DNA from: an uncultured Chloroflexia bacterium
GTDB taxonomy: Bacteria > Chloroflexota > Ktedonobacteria > Ktedonobacterales > JADMIN01
Assembly: GCA_963809385.1 (NCBI GenBank)
Contig: CAWEJL010000007.1
Span: forward strand, 195,305-259,304
DNA length: 64,000 bases
Direction: 5' to 3'
Shown piece by piece: positions 56,635-64,000 of this stretch; the first letter of the stretch is position 1, and every line of letters begins with the position of its first letter. Below the pieces are notes generated by a model. That model did not search any database and had not been told where the DNA came from. It saw nothing but the letters and a program-made list of their open reading frames with translations. The translations under genes were made by a program, and so were the position numbers.

Positions 56635-58667
56635 GTGTCTGGCATGTGGAGGTCTATCGAAGGTTGGATCGCGCAAGCGCGGCGGTGGCTGGCGGAGATT
56701 GGCGTAATACGGGGAGCGACGGATGGCGCGCCCGCCGAGGGGGGACCCCTGGCGCGCTGGAACCAATCTAGCCGCGCGTATTTTCAGAAGTGGCTGGTGA
56801 TTGGCGCGCTGATTGGCGTCGTGGCGGGGATGGGCTCGATCGTCTTCTATGCCGCCATCGCGTTCTGCTCTCGAATTTTCCTGGGATTAGGCGCTGGATT
56901 CACGCCACCAGACCCGGCGGGCGAGGGCGTGACGGTCATCACCTCCATCGCCCGCCCCTGGATGATTCCCGTCGTCACAACGCTGGGCGGGCTGCTGACT
57001 GGGCTGATCGTGTTCACCTTCGCCCCGGAAGCTGAGGGCCACGGCACTGACGCCGCGATTGATGCCTTCCACCGGCGCGGCGGCAAGATTCGCTCCCGCA
57101 TCCCACCCATCAAGCTGATCGCCTCGGCGATTACCATCGGCTCCGGCGGCAGCGCGGGTCGCGAGGGGCCGACAGCGCAGATCGCGGCGGGCTTCGGCTC
57201 CTGGCTGGGCGATGTCCTCCATCTGGACGAGCACGACCGGCGCATCGCGATGGCCGCTGGCGTAGGCGCTGGCATCGGCTCGATCTTCAAGGCGCCTTTC
57301 GGCGGCGCGCTGCTCTCAGCGGAGATCCTCTACAAGCGTGACTTCGAGTCTGAGGCGCTGTTTCCGGCATTCATCGCTTCCGTGGTCGGCTTCAGCATCT
57401 ACGGCGCCTGGGCTGGCTGGACCCCCGTCTTCGGCCATGGCGGCAAATTCAGCTTTACCGATCCTGAGAGCCTGATCGGTTTTCTCCTGCTCGGCATTAT
57501 CTGCGGTCTGGTTGGCCTGCTCTACCCGAAGATGCTCTATGGCGTGCGCGATGTGTTCCACGGTATCCGTATCCCCAGACACTTCAAGCCAGCGATTGGT
57601 GGCCTGCTGTCGGGCTGATTGGCATGGAGTTTCCGCAGGCGCTGGGCATGGGCTATGGCTACGTCCAGTTCGGTGTCTACGGCGATTTCGTCACGATCTC
57701 GGCCTGGCTGATGCTGGCGTTGGCTTTCATCAAGATCGTTACCACCTCATTGACCATCGGTAGCGGCGGCAGCGGCGGCGTCTTCGGGCCGGGCATGGTG
57801 ATCGGCGGCTTCCTGGGTGGCGCCATCTGGAGCGGCATTCACACCGTCGCCCCCTGGGCGCTCGGCTCCACGCCCGCTGGCGCGTTTGTCGTCGTTGGCA
57901 TGGGCGCCTTCTTTGGCGGCATCGCCAAGGCCCCGCTGGCCGTGATCCTGATGGTGGCGGAGATGACCGGCGAGTATTCGCTGATCGTCCCGGCGATGCT
58001 GGCGACGATGGTCGCCTATCTCATCACCGGCGAGAACAGCATCTACGAGAGCCAGGTGGATACGCGCCTGGATTCGCCCGCCCACAAAGACGATTACGCA
58101 TTGCCGCTGCTCCAGAGCATGACGGTTCGCCAGGCGATGGAAGCGGGCATGGGCGCCACGAACGTGACCACTACCACGCCGGAGACGCCGCTCACAGACC
58201 TGCGCGCCATCCTGCGTCAGCATCAGGTGAACAGCGTGCCAGTCGTCACCAATGGCCGCCTCACCGGCCTCGTCACGGTGACTGACATGACCCGCGCGCG
58301 CCGTCGCGCGCGCCGCAACGGGAGCGATGAGAACGCCTTGCTCGCGCGTGATGTCATGGCGCGCCGCATCGCCTACGTCACGCCTGGCGAGTCGCTCTAC
58401 ACCGCATGGCTACGGATGACCCGCCGGGGCTTCCGGCAGCTTGCCGTCGTGGACAGCGCGGACTCACGCCAGTTTCTGGGGATGGTGACGCTCAAGACGA
58501 TCGGGCGCCTGCTCCGCCAGCCCATCGCGGTGAGCGACGCTGTCGCGGAGCTCGCGCGCGATGATGAGGATGAGGATGACGGCGGCGCCCCGTTGGGGGC
58601 GGAGAGCGATGCGCTGACCGCTGGCGCCACCGTCTCCGCCGTCCCCAGGGCTGGGGAAACCTCCTGA
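56635..58667 (+). pseudogene. ClC-family chloride channel with C-terminal CBS pair, one frameshift as sequenced
   Basis: GSGGSAGREGP and GIGSIFKAPFGG are in ORF 56635..57618. GSGGSGGVFGPG and the CBS domains are in ORF 57624..58667. The sequence ...FKPAIGGLL / GLIGMEFPQ rejoins if one base is added at about 57607-57612. Confidence 0.85.
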
Positions 58668-58698
58668 GGCGCGCCGGTAGGCTGGGAGCCCACAGCCC

Positions 58699-59905
58699 TT
58701 AGCTCGCGGCGGGCAGGTGTGGATCTCTGTGTTCTGCCTGCGTGGCGCGCTCGTGCGCCTCCGTGTCAGCACGCTCCGCGGTCTCGAGGCCCAGGCCACG
58801 GCGGATCTCCACATAGCGCATGATCGCGTCACGGCTGAGCATGCCCACCAGCCGCCCCGCCTCATCCACGACCGGAAGCTGGTTCACATCGCGCCCCGCC
58901 ATGCGTGGCAGCGCGTCGTTCAGATTCTCGTTGGGCCGCGCTATCTGGAGCTTGTTGAGCGGGATCATCGCGTCGCCAGCCGGTGTCCATGGCCAGCGCT
59001 CGCGCGGGACGCGCCGGATATCTTCGAGCGTGATCAGCCCGATGAAGACATCGCCGCGCATTACCGGGATCGAGCGGACCCCGTATGGCAGCACATAGCC
59101 GTCCACGAGCTGCTGTACGGAGACATCGCCTTGCGCGCCGCCGGGCGCCGCGGTCATCAACTGGTCAACCGTGACGCCCTTGAAGAGCGCCTCCAGCGTG
59201 ACCTGGGTATTCTCGGCCTGAGCGGCCTGGAGCAGGAACCACCCGATAAAGCCGAACCACAGCCCGTTCCACGCGTTGCCCGTGAAGAACCACCAGACGC
59301 CCAGCAAGATCATCATATAGGCGAACGCTTGCCCAGTAAGCGTGGCCCAGCGGGTCGCTGTTCGCAGGCTGCCGGTCGCTTTCCAGATGATCGAGCGCAG
59401 CACGCGCCCGCCATCCAGCGGGAAGCCTGGAATCAGGTTGAAGCCGCCCAGCAGCAGATTCGTCACGCCCAGATAGAACAGCGTCGCCGACGCGAGCGGG
59501 ACCGTGTCACCCACCAGCAGCGCGGCCGCCAAGCGTCACGCCGCCGATGATCAGGCTGGTCAGCGGGCCAGCGAACGCCATCTGAAACTCGACCCCAGGG
59601 CTTTGTGGCTGGCGCTCGATATCCGAGACGCCGCCGAAGATGAACAGCGTGATGCTCTTCACCGGCAAGCCGCGCGCCCGCGCCACCAGCGAGTGCGCCA
59701 GCTCATGCACGAGCACCGACGCGAAGAGCAGCAGCGCGGCGAACAGGCCCAGCGTCCAGTAGGTCACGATGGGATATCTGGGAGCCGCCGACGGGAACCA
59801 GTCCAGCGCCAGCGACGATGTCAGCAGCACGAGGATGATCAGCCAGCTCAGATTGATCTCGATACTGATGCCAGCGATCTTGAAGATGCGGAATGAGCCA
59901 GGCAT
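58699..59905 (-). pseudogene. M50 (site-2 protease family) metalloprotease with CBS pair, one frameshift as sequenced
   Basis: HELAHSL is in ORF 59507..60019. NLIPGFPLDGGR plus the CBS domains are in ORF 58699..59532. The junction is at about 59521-59535. ATG 59905 follows AAGGAAGG. Confidence 0.85.
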
Positions 59906-60200
59906 ATCCGCCTTCCTTTCAGCCCCAGGACAGAACGAAACCCTACACCATATACGGGTGAGGTCGCATGGTCGGCGCCAGCGCTGTATCACGTTCGCGA
60001 CACAATGCCCTCGTTTCACGGCTTCGTGGTTTTACTGCTCCGCAGTGTGGCAAGCGGGCGGAAATGAGACACTTGGGCCTGTTTTCGCCCACCTGGAGAC
60101 GGTTGTACGTTGTGAGTTCTTAGGGGCGATATGAGTGGGCGATATGAAAGCGCCGCATGAAAGCGCCGCGCTTGCCTGAAGCGAGCGCCGGTTTCCTTGA

Positions 60201-60632
60201 ATGGAAAGCGATCAGGGGATGATCTCAGTACTGGTCACCGACGACAGCCACACGATCCGGCTGCTGCTGCGCGAGTGGCTTACCGAAGCGGGCTATGCCG
60301 TGGACGAAGCGGCGGACGGGCAGCAAGCCCTGGACAAGCTCCAGGCGAGCGATGGCCAGGTGATCGTCCTGCTGGATTATCAGATGCCCGTGCTCGATGG
60401 CTACGCTGTGCTCCAGCGCGCCTCCGCCGCCGGGCTGGTCCCGCCACGCTACAGCTACGTCATGATCTCAGCGGCGGTGGACCAGTTCCCCTCCGAGTTT
60501 ACACTGCTCCTGCGCCAGCTTGGCATCCAGATTCTGCCCAAGCCCTTCGAGCGCGACACCATCCTCGGCGTCACCCGCTTCCTCGCCGCGCGCATGGGCG
60601 CCGCGAGTGACGCTGCGGACGCCGCGAGCTAG
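60201..60632 (+). CDS. stand-alone response regulator receiver protein
   Basis: VLVTDDS, VLLDYQMPVLDG and a conserved K (ILPKPF) are present. No output domain. Confidence 0.8.
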   Translation: MESDQGMISVLVTDDSHTIRLLLREWLTEAGYAVDEAADGQQALDKLQASDGQVIVLLDYQMPVLDGYAVLQRASAAGLVPPRYSYVMISAAVDQFPSEFTLLLRQLGIQILPKPFERDTILGVTRFLAARMGAASDAADAAS

Positions 60633-60643
60633 CGCCCGCCCGC

Positions 60644-60790
60644 AGCCGGCTGGCGGCTCAAGCCACGCGTAGGGGCGCCCTGCGGGGCGCCGCAAAGCCT
60701 GCCTGCGCAGGCTCCCATTCGCCGCGTCCCAGGCCGCGCAGGCGGCCTTCGCGGCCCCCAGGCCCTTAGACGCGCCTTGAGGCGCCCCTG
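60644..60790. repeat. cluster of about five short GC-rich hairpins
   Basis: Hairpins are AGCCG-GCTGG-CGGCT, GGCGCC-CTGCGG-GGCGCC, AGCCTGC-CTGC-GCAGGCT, GGCCGC-GCAG-GCGGCC and GGCGCC-TTGA-GGCGCC. Confidence 0.5.
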
Positions 60791-61084
60791 GCTCACGACA
60801 ATTCACAAACCCCTGGCGCCATGATGCGCCAGCGGGTTATTGGACATTACGCCGCCACCGCGCGATACTTCCTATTATGAAGCGCTGGTAGGCGGCGCTT
60901 TAACTATCACCCACACGCGGCCACGGACGCTCCGAACAGGAAGCGCGCGACACAACCGGCTCGCGAGAGGCGAGGAGGGCTTCGTCCCACGCCTCAGCCT
61001 CTCGCTCAGCGGTCAGCGACATACCGCCTGATGTGGAGGCGGCCTGAAGTGTTCCGTGGCGAGCAAGAAAGAAGACTGTACACA

Positions 61085-62042
61085 TTGGATACGCGACAGC
61101 TTGGAACTACCGACCTGCGGATCACGCCGGTTGGCTTTGGCGCATGGGCGATTGGCGGTGGTCAGTGGGAATTCGCCTGGGGGCCGCAGGATGACCAGCA
61201 GTCCATCGCGGCGATTCACAAGGCGCTCGATCTCGGCGTGAACTGGATTGACACCGCCGCGGTCTACGGCCTCGGCCATTCCGAGGAAGTGGTCGCGCGG
61301 GCGCTCGATGGCATGACTCAGCGCCCCTACGTCTTCACCAAATCCTCGTTGGTCTGGGATAGCCAGCGCATCATCAACAACAACCTCAAGCGCGACTCAC
61401 TGCGGCGCGAGATCGAGGCTAGCCTGCGCCGCTTGCGGACGGACGTCATTGATCTCTACCAGATTCACTGGCCTGACCCCGATGCCGACATCGAGGAGGG
61501 CTGGGAGCGCGATGGCGGAGTTCCAGCGCGAGGGCAAGGTGCGCGCCATCGGTGTCTCCAACTTCAATGTCGCGCAGATCAAGCGCGCGCAGGCGATTGC
61601 GCCGGTCGCCTCGCTGCAGCCGCCGTATTCCATCATCCAGCCAGACGTCGAGCGGGAGATTCTGCCCTACGTCGAGCAGCAGCGCATCGGGGTGATCGTC
61701 TACTCGCCGATGGCCTCTGGCCTGCTTACCGGCGCGATGACCGCCGAGCGCGTCGCGGCGATGCCCGCCGATGATTGGCGCAAGCGCGACCCGGAGTTCC
61801 AGGAGCCGCGCCTGACGCGCAACCTCGCCCTGGTCCAGGAGCTACGCCGCATCGGCGAGCGCCACGGCCGCTCGCCCGGCGAGGTCGCCATCGCGTGGAC
61901 GTTGCGCCACCCGGCGGTGACTGGGGCGATCGTCGGAGCCCGAAGCCCGGAGCAGGTCGCGGGCGTCATCGGCGCCGCTGACTTCCGCCTCAGCCCGTCT
62001 GAGATCGAGGAAATCAGCGCGTTCGTGGCGCAACACCCATAA
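61085..62042 (+). pseudogene. aldo/keto reductase, one frameshift as sequenced
   Basis: LGTTDLRITPVGFGAWAIGG...IDTAAVYG...LYQIHWPD is in frame 2. REGKVRAIGVSNF...PPYSII...VYSPMASGLLTG is in frame 3. The junction is at about 61501-61515. The TTG start is inferred. Confidence 0.8.
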
Positions 62043-62068
62043 GCCACAAACGTTGACTGGCGGGCGCA

Positions 62069-63295
62069 TCATCCCTGTGGCGCGCCCGCCAGCAGCGTCT
62101 TCCGCGCCGCGAACACCGTCAGCAGCCCGCCCACGGCGATCACCACGCCGGCCAGCGCGCCCAGTGTGCGCGGCGCGATCACGCCCAGCAGCGCGCCCGA
62201 CGCGATCACCGAGAGGGTGAAGGTCACGCTGGAGAGCGCGTCCTGCATAGCGAAGACGCGCCCGATGGCGTCGGGCGGCGACTCGCGCATCAGGATGGTG
62301 GACGCGCTGGCGTTGCCGATGCCTGCCGCGACGGTCGAGAGGCCAATGCCCAGCGCGGCCAGCCCCAGCCACGGCGCGCGGCTGGCCGCCACTTGCAGCG
62401 CGCCGTCCGCTATGAAGGCCACCGCCAGCGCCAGCTGCGGGTGATGCGCGAAGCGCGGCGCGACCAGCCCGCCCAGCAGCAGCCCTACGCCAATCGCCGC
62501 GTACATCGTCCCGATGCCCTGATCGCCGGCATGAAAGACTTGCGCGCCGTAGACGCTGATCAGCGTATTCGTCGCGCCGCCACCCACCGGCCAGAGGATC
62601 GCCAGCGCCAGCAGCAGCCGCAGCGAGGGCGACCGGCGGATGATTGCTGGCGCCTCCAGCGCCGCCGCCAGGCCGCGCGACCGCGTGGGCGACGTGCGCG
62701 GGATCGCCACGCTCAGCGTCAGCGCCGCCGAGATGGCGAACGACGCGGCGTTGATGATGAACGCCGGGCCTGGCCCCAGCCAGCCGCTGACCACCCCGCC
62801 AAGCGCCGCGCCCAGCAGCATCACCGACCCGCTCGACATGCCCTCCAGCGCGTTGGCCCCCGCCAGCGATTCAGGCCGCACCAGCGCGGGCGTCACGCCT
62901 GTTCGCGCGGGGCCGCGAAACGCGCTCAGCGTTACCAGCGCCAGCAGCGCCACCCATACCAGCCAGACCCGCGAGGCGTCCGTCACCAGCAGGAAGCTGA
63001 GGGCCACCAGCGCGCTCAGGATGTCGCACACCACCACAATCAGCTTGCGCGGCGCGCGGTCGGCCAGCGCGCCAGCCAGCGGCGCCAGCAGCAGCCGGGG
63101 CGCTGACCGCACGGCCAGCGACGCGCCAACCGCCAGCGGCGAGCCGGTGAGGCGCAGCAGCAGCCCCAGCAGCGCCACCGTATTGAACCAGTCGCCAATG
63201 CCGCTGATGAAGCCGCCCAGCAGCAGCCGCGCGTAGGCTGGCTCCGCCCGCAGCGTCGCCAGCGCGCCTGTCGCGCGTGGCGCGGTCGTCCGCAC
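62069..63295 (-). CDS. MFS transporter
   Basis: GTG start lies 6 nt after the upstream regulator's stop. About 12 TM helices. The longer ORF-track N-terminus overlaps the regulator gene and is not credible. Confidence 0.75.
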   Translation of the reverse strand: MRTTAPRATGALATLRAEPAYARLLLGGFISGIGDWFNTVALLGLLLRLTGSPLAVGASLAVRSAPRLLLAPLAGALADRAPRKLIVVVCDILSALVALSFLLVTDASRVWLVWVALLALVTLSAFRGPARTGVTPALVRPESLAGANALEGMSSGSVMLLGAALGGVVSGWLGPGPAFIINAASFAISAALTLSVAIPRTSPTRSRGLAAALEAPAIIRRSPSLRLLLALAILWPVGGGATNTLISVYGAQVFHAGDQGIGTMYAAIGVGLLLGGLVAPRFAHHPQLALAVAFIADGALQVAASRAPWLGLAALGIGLSTVAAGIGNASASTILMRESPPDAIGRVFAMQDALSSVTFTLSVIASGALLGVIAPRTLGALAGVVIAVGGLLTVFAARKTLLAGAPQG

Positions 63296-63300
63296 GGCGC

Positions 63301-64000
63301 TCAACGCAGCCGCTCCTCTGGCGGGCGCGCCAGCCAGTAGCGGTCGCCGGAGAAGCCCAGCGCGCCCCGCGTCAGCAGCTCGCGCCGCGTGGTGTCCACG
63401 TCGCGCGCCACCTCGCGGATCAGCGCCGTCAGCTCGGCCAGCGAGTAGATGCGGCCCCACTCCAGCCGCCGCTCGACCCGCGCCAGCGTCTCCTCCGATG
63501 GCGGCTCTGAGCGCCAGTAGCGCCCGCTGTCGCGCGCCATCAGCCGCTCGCTGATCAGCTCGCGCCGCAGCGTCGCCGTATCCTCGTGCCGTCGCTTGAG
63601 GAGCGCGTTGACCTCCTTCTCGGAGTAGTCGCGCTCCCATTCGAACTGGTCCGCCAGCCAGCGCAGGATCACCCGCCGCTTCTTGCGCTGCGCCGGAATC
63701 TCGCGCAGGCGCGGTGGGTCGCTCTCATCCAGGAAGTCGCGCAGGACCTTGCGCTCCCACGTCGCGCCCTCCACTTCCGCCGCCGCCGCAGCCACCATCT
63801 CCCGCGCCGCCAGCCGCTTCGCCAGCCGCTCGATCCCCGCCTGATTCAGCCGGTTCCAGCGCGTCACGCCGTCCGCCCGCGTCTCGATCAGATCCAGCTC
63901 GCGCAGCCGCGCCAGGTGATGCGAGACAGTCGGCGCTTTCAGCTCCAGCAGGTCCGCCAGCTCCTCCACCGTCCGCTCCTGGGTCGCCACCGCGCCGAGG
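63301..64000 (-). CDS. ArsR-type HTH regulator with two DUF2087-like repeats (5' end outside window)
   Basis: TVEELADLLELKAPTVSHHLARLRELDLI is an ArsR recognition helix. The frame stays open to the window edge. RRELISERLMARDSGRYW and RRELLTRGALGFSGDRYW form a repeated pair. Confidence 0.7.
   Translation of the reverse strand, partial: LGAVATQERTVEELADLLELKAPTVSHHLARLRELDLIETRADGVTRWNRLNQAGIERLAKRLAAREMVAAAAAEVEGATWERKVLRDFLDESDPPRLREIPAQRKKRRVILRWLADQFEWERDYSEKEVNALLKRRHEDTATLRRELISERLMARDSGRYWRSEPPSEETLARVERRLEWGRIYSLAELTALIREVARDVDTTRRELLTRGALGFSGDRYWLARPPEERLR

Overview
Very GC-rich bacterial chromosomal window with about 60 protein-coding loci, one tRNA (Thr-UGU) and one T-box leader. 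I found no rRNA, CRISPR array, transposase or integrase. Most genes are housekeeping or accessory metabolism: proS, rplI, hemH, pncB, rlmA, Hsp20, an ABC1 kinase, MacAB-like and ABC-2 exporters, two MFS transporters, a ClC channel, an M50 protease, an ECF-type sigma factor, and a CHASE3 histidine kinase. Five things stand out. (1) A minus-strand operon of complex-I-like modules (NuoB-like, half-NuoI/NuoE-like chimera, divergent NuoF-like, 2Fe-2S/GltD/4Fe-4S fusion) has no NuoC/D/H or hydrogenase large subunit nearby. (2) Three visibly lower-GC islets occur. One is a TIR-domain protein with DUF4177-type small genes next to tRNA-Thr. One is a 1.7-kb insert flanked by 41-bp direct repeats copied from a gene's 3' end, carrying a secreted protein, a small partner and an odd tandem repeat. 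One is a membrane-spanning NACHT/STAND NTPase that lacks a start codon. (3) A lone phage portal gene has a second portal-tail remnant 1.5 kb away. (4) Two dispersed families of palindromic intergenic repeats are present. (5) At least 11 single-base frameshifts and one in-frame amber codon interrupt otherwise intact-looking genes, which points more to consensus errors than to true pseudogenes. All functional calls come from reading motifs by eye. No database search was run.
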